Assembly (NCBI GenBank): GCA_043823065.1
Contig: JBDRBB010000025.1
Coordinates: 276-64,275 of the forward strand
Length of the DNA stretch: 64,000 nucleotides
Reading direction: 5' to 3'
Source: Pseudomonadota bacterium
GTDB taxonomy: Bacteria > UBA10199 > 2-02-FULL-44-16 > DYJF01
In this document: piece after piece, positions 1 to 8,015 of the stretch
Layout: each line of letters starts with the position of its first letter
Position numbering within the stretch: the stretch's first letter is position 1
Made by a program: the position numbers and the translations under genes
Notes under the pieces: model-generated
Seen by the model: only the letters and a program-made list of their open reading frames with translations
Told to the model about the DNA's origin: nothing
Databases searched by the model: none

Positions 1-1
1 A

Positions 2-232
2 GAAGGGATCGCACTTGAGTATCCAGGCTCAAAAGATTCTGGTCGTGCTGAATTTGAAAAAGCCTTGCGCGATTTGAATATCTGGGAACAAGTAACTGCT
101 CTTAATTCACAATCATTTAAATCATATGCAAAAAAACATGGCTGGCTAGCTTCTGTTCCAGAGGAAGTGGCGGATTTTGTAAAAATCTCTCCTACAAAAA
201 CCGCTCATCTTGCACGCCCAAAGGAAAAATAA
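2..232 (+). CDS. 3' end of an unidentified protein-coding gene (partial; C-terminal 76 aa)
   Basis: Open frame 2 runs from the window edge to TAA at 230..232 and translates to ...KHGWLASVPEEVADFVKISPTKTAHLARPKEK. It is convergent with the next gene. I do not recognise a family. Confidence 0.3.
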   Translation, partial: EGIALEYPGSKDSGRAEFEKALRDLNIWEQVTALNSQSFKSYAKKHGWLASVPEEVADFVKISPTKTAHLARPKEK

Positions 233-259
233 GAAACTACACCCCCCCCCAAAAAAACA

Positions 260-1624
260 TCAAGGACAATTAGGTCCAAATGTTACGTGGACCTTTGTCG
301 CTGCTGAGCAATGCCGCAAACCATAATTGTCATCATAAGCATAAGCATAGGTACTGTTATTGCACATGGCATGAATAGCAGTTACATAGCCATTGCTAGC
401 GCCTGGACCAGCGCGGCACTGGGCAGAAGTTACGCAAGTATCTGGATGGGCTTCGCACTCGGCATCAGTTGAATATGGTGTTGGGCAGCAATAAATAATT
501 GGCGGATCACTATCTTCAGCCAAGCCATAACCATCATAAGTGGGATAGTTAAATTTTTTGCACGGAGAATAGCAACCTATAATTGCATCTGAAGTATTTT
601 TAACCCGCAAATCAGCACTGGCATATTGCGGAAAGATTGTTCCGGTTCTGCCTTCGCTCAAGTTGGCTGTGGTTGGGCATTGATTAAAATCCAAACTTGA
701 ACAATCTACAGCTTCACACGGGGCGCCACTGTCAGTGGTAGTGTTGTCAGTAACACTGGTGGTAAAGGGAAGCGTATAACCATCAACCGCGCTCATGTTC
801 CAGTATGTATCGCCAATAACATTGCCTTGCGGTGTAGTGCCGCATTGACTTGCATTAGACAGCACACAACCCCAGGTTGATTCCAACTTGGAATCAACTG
901 GTGGCGGACAATTGGTACATGGATCAGAACTTTGACCAATAGTACAATTTTGCCCGCTGCCATCGCAACCAGTCTTGGGCCAGAATCTGGTGGAAGCCTG
1001 CCCGGCTTCAGGTATAGCCCACTCATGAGACTCTCCTGCATCTAACTTAACCACTGCTGGAACACTAGACGGCATATTTTGCTGCTGGATCCAGATAGCA
1101 TAGCTGCAATTGTTGGTTATTTTCAAACGCTCTGTTTGCGTACCTCCACCGCCTCCACCGCCACCACCAACTGTATTAAAAGAAGCTTGAAAACCCGCAA
1201 AAGCATTGCCATCTACCTGAATATCGCTGGTCAAACAAACCGTATATCCCCCACTACCAACCAAATCGCTAGCAGGAGTAAGATCAGCATAGCTGGCAGT
1301 TGGGGAATGAACAGCAGAAGTTACAGAAGCTGCTAAGGCATTACTTACATCGCATATTGCTGGATTAAATGTTGCTTTGGACATAGCTGCAAGATTGGCA
1401 GCTGCTGCAGGTGTTTCCACAATAAAAAAGGAAGCTGTGGTAATTGACGAATTTGCTACTGTTCCAGAAAAGGTATAGCGAAACGGCTCATTAACCGCCA
1501 CATCTGTCTGGCCATCAAGGGTGTTAACATCAACTACTGTAGTGGTTCCTCCTCCAGAACCTCCACCACAACTGCTGATCAACAAAATTGCCAGACTACT
1601 AATAATCAAATAATATTGCTTCAT
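260..1624 (-). CDS. secreted lipoprotein with a C-terminal thaumatin-like domain (osmotin/PR-5 family)
   Basis: Start corrected to ATG at 1624 (MKQYYLIISSLAILLISSCGGG) because a strong SD (aagggggat) precedes it; the lipobox Cys is followed by poly-Gly linkers. The C-terminal half has a thaumatin-type Cys pattern: NNCSYAIWI, W..TGCDGSGQNCTIGQ, and a C-terminal AYAYDDNYG...C...V.FGPNCP resembling thaumatin CPDAYSYPQDD..TFTC...Y.VVFCP. Confidence 0.6.
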   Translation of the reverse strand: MKQYYLIISSLAILLISSCGGGSGGGTTTVVDVNTLDGQTDVAVNEPFRYTFSGTVANSSITTASFFIVETPAAAANLAAMSKATFNPAICDVSNALAASVTSAVHSPTASYADLTPASDLVGSGGYTVCLTSDIQVDGNAFAGFQASFNTVGGGGGGGGGTQTERLKITNNCSYAIWIQQQNMPSSVPAVVKLDAGESHEWAIPEAGQASTRFWPKTGCDGSGQNCTIGQSSDPCTNCPPPVDSKLESTWGCVLSNASQCGTTPQGNVIGDTYWNMSAVDGYTLPFTTSVTDNTTTDSGAPCEAVDCSSLDFNQCPTTANLSEGRTGTIFPQYASADLRVKNTSDAIIGCYSPCKKFNYPTYDGYGLAEDSDPPIIYCCPTPYSTDAECEAHPDTCVTSAQCRAGPGASNGYVTAIHAMCNNSTYAYAYDDNYGLRHCSAATKVHVTFGPNCP

Positions 1625-1712
1625 ATATCCCCCTTTTTTGCTCACCTACTATAAGTACGCTATTAAATTTTAATTTTCAAATGAATACTTTTTCATAATA
1701 ATAGCAAGACTT

Positions 1713-1985
1713 ATGCATTATATTTACATTATTCAATGTGCAGATGATTCATATTATACTGGTTATACAAATGATATTGCTCGGCGGTTAAAGGCACATA
1801 ATCAAGGCAAGGCTAGCCGCATTACACGCAGCAAGTTGCCTGTTAAGCTGGTTTATAAAGAAAGTTTTTCCCAAAAAAGCGAAGCCTTAAAGCGTGAAGC
1901 AGAAATAAAGAAATGGCCTAGAGCAAAAAAAATTGCGCTGATAAATCTTGTTGCTTACCATACCCCTGAATCTGAATGCCATTAG
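1713..1985 (+). CDS. GIY-YIG nuclease family protein (UPF0213-like)
   Basis: 90 aa. The N-terminal YIYIIQC...YYTGYTNDIARRLKAH matches the GIY-YIG motif layout (GIY...YIG...R...E). Confidence 0.7.
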   Translation: MHYIYIIQCADDSYYTGYTNDIARRLKAHNQGKASRITRSKLPVKLVYKESFSQKSEALKREAEIKKWPRAKKIALINLVAYHTPESECH

Positions 1986-2045
1986 CAATTATCTGACTCA
2001 GCTGAATGGGCTGCGGTTAAGAAACTGTAGCATTAGTTTAAATAA

Positions 2046-3002
2046 TTAAATAGTTTTCCCAATCCAATAAATTTGATCATCAATCTTCTTTTGTTCAATT
2101 AACCCTTGCTCTTGTAATTTTTGCAAATATTTTATTACTTCGTTGGGATGTAAATTAAAAGTACGGGCAATCTGCTCAATAGTGCCTGGCCTGCGCTGAC
2201 ACATGCCTAAAATATCTTGCAGAGAACCTGCACTTTCAATCTGTCTATGCTTAGGAAACGAAGCTATAACTTCTGCCGGCGGTGTAAAACGCCTGGCAAT
2301 TTGCTCCATTTTTTCTTTGCTAACCGCTTGGCATATTACTTCTGCCGGCGGTCTGGATACAGTATTAAGTTGAACCTTGTCCGGCTCAATCAATTTGACA
2401 ATATCAACTAACTGAGCAATCTCTTTATCATTGTCATTTATTCCAACTAATAAAAAAATCTCCAGCCAGATCTTGCCAAAATATTCCTGCCTGAAAGCAA
2501 TTAAACCATCTTTCATTTGTTCAAAACTTACAGCTTGATGCGGACGATTAACCTGCTCGAAACTATCTACCGAACCTGCATCAAGAGAAGGAACGACCAG
2601 GTCGGCTTTAAGCAAAGCCTGACGCACTTGTTTTTGCCATAAAAGCGAGCCATTGGTCAGCACCGCCACCGGAATTTTGGTAAGCTTTTTAATGGCCATA
2701 ATTATTTCCGCCAAATCCGAATGCAAGGTCGGCTCACCTGAACCGGAAAGAGTAATATAATCTGCTTTAATACCTTTAGCTAAAATATCTTTTAGCTCGC
2801 TTAAAATATCTTGAACTGAAACATATTTTTTGCGCTCAACTGTTTTATCTGTGGTTAAGCCCAATTGACAATAAAGGCAATCATAACTGCAGGTCTTGTA
2901 AGGAACAAGATCAAGGCCCAAAGAACGGCCCAAACGTCTGGACAGCACAGGGCCATAAATATGTTTGTATTTTTTTTTAGTTTCAGATGGATTGTAAAAC
3001 AT
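2046..3002 (-). CDS. radical SAM protein with a C-terminal winged-helix domain
   Basis: N-terminal GPVLSRRLGRSLGLDL, then the CSYDCLYC (CxxxCxxC) radical-SAM cluster motif and a GSGEPTL glycine-rich SAM motif. The C-terminal IEQIARTFNLHPNEVIKYLQKLQEQGLI looks like a winged HTH. Confidence 0.7.
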   Translation of the reverse strand: MFYNPSETKKKYKHIYGPVLSRRLGRSLGLDLVPYKTCSYDCLYCQLGLTTDKTVERKKYVSVQDILSELKDILAKGIKADYITLSGSGEPTLHSDLAEIIMAIKKLTKIPVAVLTNGSLLWQKQVRQALLKADLVVPSLDAGSVDSFEQVNRPHQAVSFEQMKDGLIAFRQEYFGKIWLEIFLLVGINDNDKEIAQLVDIVKLIEPDKVQLNTVSRPPAEVICQAVSKEKMEQIARRFTPPAEVIASFPKHRQIESAGSLQDILGMCQRRPGTIEQIARTFNLHPNEVIKYLQKLQEQGLIEQKKIDDQIYWIGKTI

Positions 3003-3089
3003 TAAAATATTGACTCCATAAATTTAGAAACATATTAACATATGATCATAATCCGGTAAAGGCCCGTTGTTTAATTTTGGTTAACATAA

Positions 3090-3722
3090 ATGTTTAAAAC
3101 TATTTCTCTAGAATTAAAAAGGCATGCTCCTTTTACTTTTTTTGGCGCATTGACTGGCATAATTATTATGCTGTTTTGCCAAAAAATACCGCATAATCTT
3201 TCATATAATATATTCTATATACTTCATCCAATTCACGTTGTGCTTAGTGCTTTAGTAACAGCTTCTATGTATAAGCTACATAAATGTAAACGGATTGGAA
3301 CTAAATGTATAACCGGTAAATGCAATTTATGGATTTTAATTATTATTGGTTATACCGGTGCAATAGGCATTGCCACCATTAGCGATTCAATTATTCCATA
3401 TTTAGGAGAAACATTACTGAATATGCCCAACAAGGGTATCCATATTGGGTTCATTGAAAAATGGTGGCTGGTAAATCCCTTGGCCTTATTGGGCATTGCT
3501 ACTGCATTTTTTAAGCCAACCACAAAGATCCCTCATGCTGGCCATGTTTTGTCGAGCACTTGGGCCTCCTTATTTCATATTATTATGGCTATGGGGGCTG
3601 GGTTAAGTTGGTTTTCATATATCATTGTCTTTATCTTTTTATTTTTTTCTGTCTGGCTTCCTTGCTGCTTAAGCGATATTATTTTTCCTCTTCTCTTCGT
3701 TAAAGAACCCAAAAACACTTGA
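3090..3722 (+). CDS. polytopic membrane protein, function unknown
   Basis: 210 aa with about six hydrophobic helices and no recognisable motif. Confidence 0.45.
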   Translation: MFKTISLELKRHAPFTFFGALTGIIIMLFCQKIPHNLSYNIFYILHPIHVVLSALVTASMYKLHKCKRIGTKCITGKCNLWILIIIGYTGAIGIATISDSIIPYLGETLLNMPNKGIHIGFIEKWWLVNPLALLGIATAFFKPTTKIPHAGHVLSSTWASLFHIIMAMGAGLSWFSYIIVFIFLFFSVWLPCCLSDIIFPLLFVKEPKNT

Positions 3723-3770
3723 CTTTAGTTGCCATAATAGTTATAAACATATGTTCATAATGGAGTAAAT

Positions 3771-4103
3771 ATGGTCAGGCCGCACATAAATAGAAGGATT
3801 AGGGGGGAACCTGCTGTCACCTATTTTAAGCCCCAAGGTATCCCTTTAAGGGTATTGGAAGAAATCAACCTTACCCTGGATGGTTTGGAGGCTTTGAAGT
3901 TGGCTGACGAGCAAGGTCTATATCACGACGCAGCAGCTAAAAAAATGGGGGTTTCCCGCCCTACTTTTGGCAGAATACTTGCTCAAGCTAGAAAAACAGT
4001 TGCTACTGCAATTATTCAGGGAAAAGCGCTGCGTATTGAAGGTGGAGTCGTACAGCAGGTGCAACCACGTGGCTGCTGCCGACGAGGTTGGGGTAGATGG
4101 TAA
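3771..4103 (+). CDS. DUF134 (UPF0251) family putative DNA-binding protein
   Basis: MVRPHINRRIRGEPAVTYFKPQGIPL...LDGLEALKLADEQGLYHDAAAKKMGVSRPTFGRILAQARKTVA is the typical DUF134 sigma-70 region-4-like architecture. The C-terminal 20 aa may be read-through. Confidence 0.7.
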   Translation: MVRPHINRRIRGEPAVTYFKPQGIPLRVLEEINLTLDGLEALKLADEQGLYHDAAAKKMGVSRPTFGRILAQARKTVATAIIQGKALRIEGGVVQQVQPRGCCRRGWGRW

Positions 4104-4129
4104 ATTAATTTAAATAAAGGAGGTGTTTT

Positions 4130-4510
4130 ATGCCAAGAGGAGATGGAACAGGCCCAATGGGCCAAGGACCAAAAACAGGTAAAGCAATGGGCCATTGCGC
4201 TGGTTTTAACACACCTGGCTACTTGAATTCCGGACGAGGATTGTTCGGCGCCGGTCGTGGCGGCATGCCCTGGGGAGGCGGACGAGGCCGCGCTTGGGGA
4301 GGCGGCAGAGGCAGAGGTTTTGCCCAAGGCTTTGGCCGTGGGTGGAGTCCAGCACCAGCCTGTGATTATGGCTGGGATTATGCACCTCAACCCATCAGCC
4401 CAGAAGATGAACGCACTTACTTAAACGATCAATTAGTTTTTTTGGAAAAAGAAATTCAGGAAATCAAAAAACGCCTAGCTCAAATTGACGAAAAAAAGGA
4501 CAAAAAATGA
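4130..4510 (+). CDS. DUF5320 family protein (Gly/Arg-rich, C-terminal coiled coil)
   Basis: Starts MPRGDGTGPMGQGP, as the paralog at 4889 does. It has a GGRGRAWGGGRGRGF low-complexity segment and a C-terminal coiled coil (LEKEIQEIKKRLAQIDEKK). A strong SD precedes the start. Confidence 0.6.
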   Translation: MPRGDGTGPMGQGPKTGKAMGHCAGFNTPGYLNSGRGLFGAGRGGMPWGGGRGRAWGGGRGRGFAQGFGRGWSPAPACDYGWDYAPQPISPEDERTYLNDQLVFLEKEIQEIKKRLAQIDEKKDKK

Positions 4511-4866
4511 AAATATTAATTACAGCAACAGATAATTCATTAGATGCTCAAGTCGATCCGCGTTTTGGCCGGGCTAAGTTTTTTGCTGTTTATGAAACTG
4601 ATAATGATCAAGTTGAATTCATAAGCAATGAACAAAATCTAAATGCTGCCAGCGGAGCTGGAATTCAAGCTGGTTCAAATGCTGTTAAAACAGGAACAAA
4701 AGTTGTAATTACCGGCAACTGCGGTCCAAAAGCTTTTCGTACTTTAAATGAAGCAGGCATTAAAATTATTAGTGGAGCAAGCGGAACAATTAAAGAAGTG
4801 GCTGAAAAATTTAAGAAAGGTGAATACCAATACTCAACTGAAGCAAATGTTGAAGGACATTGGTAA
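4507..4866 (+). CDS. NifX/NifB-like dinitrogenase FeMo-cofactor biosynthesis domain protein
   Basis: MKILITATDNSLDAQVDPRFGRAKFFAVYE... and ...GNCGPKAF...AGIKII are typical of the small NifX/NafY-like family. The start overlaps the upstream stop (ATGA). Confidence 0.7.
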   Translation: MKILITATDNSLDAQVDPRFGRAKFFAVYETDNDQVEFISNEQNLNAASGAGIQAGSNAVKTGTKVVITGNCGPKAFRTLNEAGIKIISGASGTIKEVAEKFKKGEYQYSTEANVEGHW

Positions 4867-4888
4867 ACCTTAAATAATAGGAGGAACT

Positions 4889-5110
4889 ATGCCCAGAGGT
4901 GATGGTACCGGTCCATTTGGCCAAGGTCCAAGTGGTGGAGGCGGTGGTAGGGGAGCAGGCGGACGTGGTCGCCAAGGTGGTTTTGCCGCCGGCCCAGGCG
5001 GAGAATGTATGTGTCCAAAGTGCGGGCAAAAAACTGCTCACACTCGCGGCACTCCCTGTAACAGCATGAAATGCCCTAAATGCGGTACTTTAATGACTAG
5101 GTCTCTATGA
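4889..5110 (+). CDS. DUF5320 family protein with a C-terminal zinc ribbon
   Basis: MPRGDGTGPFGQGP N-terminus, a GGGGRGAGGRGRQGG tract, then two CPKCG motifs (a Cys4 Zn ribbon). A strong SD is present. Confidence 0.55.
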   Translation: MPRGDGTGPFGQGPSGGGGGRGAGGRGRQGGFAAGPGGECMCPKCGQKTAHTRGTPCNSMKCPKCGTLMTRSL

Positions 5111-5961
5111 TTATAACCATAGGAAGTGGAAAAGGCGGCACAGGCAAAACCACTGTAGCCACAAATCTTGCCTTGTGTCTGGAAAAACATAATATCCCGG
5201 TTCAATTTATAGACTGCGATGTTGAGGAACCTAATGCTAATCTGTTCCTAAAAGCAGATATTAAATCCAGAGAACCTGTAACAGTAATGGTACCAGAGAT
5301 AGATGAAAAACTCTGCATCCATTGCGATCAGTGTGCAAAGTTTTGCCGATTTAATTCTTTGGTAGTTTTTCCAGATAAAGTGCTGATATTCCCAGAAATG
5401 TGCCATTCTTGCCAGGGTTGTGTCATCATCTGCCCATTTGATGCCATAAAACCAAAACAACGAGCAATTGGCACAATCGAACTTGGGCAATTAAAGCAAA
5501 TGAAATTTGCCCAGGGCTTAATAAATATTGGTGAAGCCAGAGCCACACCAGTGATTGCCAAACTGCAATCCTTTATAGCTCCTAATCTAACAACTATTTT
5601 AGATGCGCCTCCTGGTACGTCTTGCCCATTTGTGGAAACACTTAAAAAAAGCGATGTGTGCGTATTGGTAACAGAGCCCACACCTTTTGGCTTAAACGAT
5701 TTGAAACTAGCAGTGGAAGTCACTGAAATCTTTAACATTCCCAGAGGTATAATAATTAATCGTTCTGATATCGGCGATGATCAAGTTGAAAAATACTGCC
5801 AGGAAAAACAAATTGAAATCTTAATGAAAATTCCACATGACCTGAAAATTGCCCAGGCCTATTCTAATGGCATCCCTATTGTTGAAGCATTACCTGAGTA
5901 TGAAAATAAATTTTTGGAGCTACATAAAAAAATAATTAAATTGAAAGAAAACAAGAGATGA
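5107..5961 (+). CDS. MinD/Mrp-family P-loop ATPase with a 4Fe-4S ferredoxin insert
   Basis: Deviant Walker A GSGKGGTGKTT. It has the CIHCDQCAKFC and CHSCQGCVIICP Fe-S motifs and the architecture of the '(4Fe-4S)-binding ATPase' family. Confidence 0.8.
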   Translation: MIITIGSGKGGTGKTTVATNLALCLEKHNIPVQFIDCDVEEPNANLFLKADIKSREPVTVMVPEIDEKLCIHCDQCAKFCRFNSLVVFPDKVLIFPEMCHSCQGCVIICPFDAIKPKQRAIGTIELGQLKQMKFAQGLINIGEARATPVIAKLQSFIAPNLTTILDAPPGTSCPFVETLKKSDVCVLVTEPTPFGLNDLKLAVEVTEIFNIPRGIIINRSDIGDDQVEKYCQEKQIEILMKIPHDLKIAQAYSNGIPIVEALPEYENKFLELHKKIIKLKENKR

Positions 5962-6851
5962 CCAAAACCATTGTCATAATTAGCGGCAAAGGCGGCACTG
6001 GCAAAACCAGCATAACAGCTTGCCTGGCCCTTTTAGCCAAAAAAGCTGTTCTAGCAGATTGCGATGTGGATGCTGCTGATCTTCACTTATTGCTTTCACC
6101 TAAAATTCAGGAAGAAAAACCTTTTATAAGCGGAGAACAAGCTTTGATTGATCCTGAAAAATGCATTAATTGTGATAAATGTCGCCGGGCTTGCACCTTT
6201 TCGGCTATTAATGAAACTTATGCTGTTAATCCAATCGATTGCGAAGGCTGTGCAGCTTGCACCCTTGTCTGTCCAGTAAATGCTATCACCATGATTCCAA
6301 GTGAGTGCGGCAAATCTTTTATTTCAGAAACCAGGGCCGGCCCCATGGCTCATGCCAAACTTTTTCCAGGAAAAGAAAACTCCGGAAAACTTGTTTCCTT
6401 GGTCAGATCAAAAGCTCAAGAATTAGCCAAGCAAAATAATGCTAATTTTATTCTGGTAGATGGACCACCAGGAGTTGGTTGCCCGGTTATTGCCTCAATT
6501 GGCAATACAGATATTGCCTTAATTGTTACTGAACCAACAGTATCTGGAGTTCACGATTTAAAACGTGCCCTGCAATTAACTCAACATTTTAAAATTAATT
6601 CTGCAGTACTTATTAACAAAAGCGATATCAATGAACAAATCTCAACAGAGATTGAAGATTTTTGTAATTCTCAAAATATAATAATTGCCGGCAAAATTCC
6701 TTATACAACCGAGTTTGTAAAAGCTCAACTTGCCGGCCAAACCATAATCGAATACATAAAAAAGGAGAACAAAGATGAAGATAGCTATACCCCTAGCCAA
6801 CGGCAAATTATCACTGCATTTCGGTCATTGCGAGAATTTTGCTTTAGTTGA
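5958..6851 (+). CDS. MinD/Mrp-family P-loop ATPase with a 4Fe-4S ferredoxin insert (paralog)
   Basis: GKGGTGKTS Walker A plus CINCDKCRRAC and CEGCAACTLVCP. The start overlaps the upstream stop. The 3' 77 nt overlaps the next gene, so the tail may be over-called. Confidence 0.8.
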   Translation: MTKTIVIISGKGGTGKTSITACLALLAKKAVLADCDVDAADLHLLLSPKIQEEKPFISGEQALIDPEKCINCDKCRRACTFSAINETYAVNPIDCEGCAACTLVCPVNAITMIPSECGKSFISETRAGPMAHAKLFPGKENSGKLVSLVRSKAQELAKQNNANFILVDGPPGVGCPVIASIGNTDIALIVTEPTVSGVHDLKRALQLTQHFKINSAVLINKSDINEQISTEIEDFCNSQNIIIAGKIPYTTEFVKAQLAGQTIIEYIKKENKDEDSYTPSQRQIITAFRSLREFCFS

Positions 6852-7113
6852 AGTGGATGAAAAACAGAAACAAATTATAAATAAGGAAATATTAGCTGCC
6901 CCACCTCACGAACCTGGCTTATTACCGCGCTGGCTTGGTGAAAAAGGAGCTAATGTAATTATTGCTGGCGGCATGGGACAGCGCGCTCAAACATTATTTG
7001 CCCAGCAAAAGATTAAGGTTTTTGTTGGAGCAAGTTCAGCAACTCCAGAAGAGATTGTTGAAGCTTATCTTAACGATGCTCTTATTTCAGGGACAAACCT
7101 TTGCGATCATTAA
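6775..7113 (+). CDS. NifX/NifB-like dinitrogenase FeMo-cofactor biosynthesis domain protein
   Basis: MKIAIPLANGKLSLHFGHCENFALVEVD... and ...IIAGGMGQRA are classic motifs of this family. Confidence 0.7.
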   Translation: MKIAIPLANGKLSLHFGHCENFALVEVDEKQKQIINKEILAAPPHEPGLLPRWLGEKGANVIIAGGMGQRAQTLFAQQKIKVFVGASSATPEEIVEAYLNDALISGTNLCDH

Positions 7114-7140
7114 GTCAGCTTTACATTAGTAACTTGAAAA

Positions 7141-7995
7141 TTGATGCATAAGCTAATATTACATTTAACAATTTTATTGATAGTAACTATAATTATATGT
7201 TTGACTGTGCGTCAACATTCGCTTTTAAAATCTAATAATGTGAGCTTAGAAAAAATTAATTCAATGAAAAATAATCAGCAATCAAAGATTAAAATTACTA
7301 TTGTTTATGACAATAATGCTTATAACCCAGAGCTAACTACGGCCTGGGGATTTGCCTGCATCATTGAAATGCCCGAGCAGACGATTCTTTTTGATACAGG
7401 CGAAGATGGCCGCATTCTTCTTGAAAACATGGGAAAAATGGGGATTACCCCTCAAAAAATCGATATGGTTTTTCTTTCCCATATTCACAGTGATCATACT
7501 GGCGGTTTGATTGATTTACTCAAGCAAAATTCTAAAATAAGCGTTTATTACCCTCACTCCTTCCCAGAAGTTTTTGAACAACAAATTACAGCTTTGGGTG
7601 CTAAAGCAAAGAAAGTTGATCTTCCTCAAGAGATTGCCCCTAATATCTTTACCACTGGCGAAATGGGAGGGTTAATCAAAGAACAATCATTGGTTATTAA
7701 AACCAATAAAGGGCTATTGATAATAACCGGCTGTTCACATCCGGGCATTGTCAAAATAATTAACCAAGCAAAAAAAATCACTCAGGCCAAACCATATTTA
7801 GTAATCGGCGGTTTTCATCTAAGAGATGCTTCTACTGTTGAATTGAACGCAATTATTAATGATTTCAAATTGGCCGGAGTTAGAAAAGTAGGCCCAGCAC
7901 ATTGTTCTGGGCAACAAGCAGGTGCTTTATTTAAGAAGGCTTTTGGCAACAACTATATTCCTGCTGGCGCAGGCACTGAAATAAACATATACTAA
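7141..7995 (+). CDS. MBL-fold metallo-hydrolase with an N-terminal membrane anchor or signal
   Basis: HIHSDHTGG (the HxHxDH zinc motif), later His/Asp residues, and an N-terminal hydrophobic segment. Confidence 0.7.
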   Translation: MMHKLILHLTILLIVTIIICLTVRQHSLLKSNNVSLEKINSMKNNQQSKIKITIVYDNNAYNPELTTAWGFACIIEMPEQTILFDTGEDGRILLENMGKMGITPQKIDMVFLSHIHSDHTGGLIDLLKQNSKISVYYPHSFPEVFEQQITALGAKAKKVDLPQEIAPNIFTTGEMGGLIKEQSLVIKTNKGLLIITGCSHPGIVKIINQAKKITQAKPYLVIGGFHLRDASTVELNAIINDFKLAGVRKVGPAHCSGQQAGALFKKAFGNNYIPAGAGTEINIY

Positions 7996-8015
7996 TCAAA
8001 AAAGAAGAGAGAACC

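Noticed and set aside
4016-4390. Antisense 124-aa ORF rich in Ala/Ser/Pro/Thr
   Set aside because: It lies opposite the GGN-rich coding region of the DUF5320 gene. It has low-complexity composition, no RBS and no homology features. It is a typical shadow ORF.
5328-5738. Antisense ORFs inside the MinD-ferredoxin ATPase genes (also 5248..5490)
   Set aside because: They overlap a confidently identified gene on the other strand and have no start context and no motifs.
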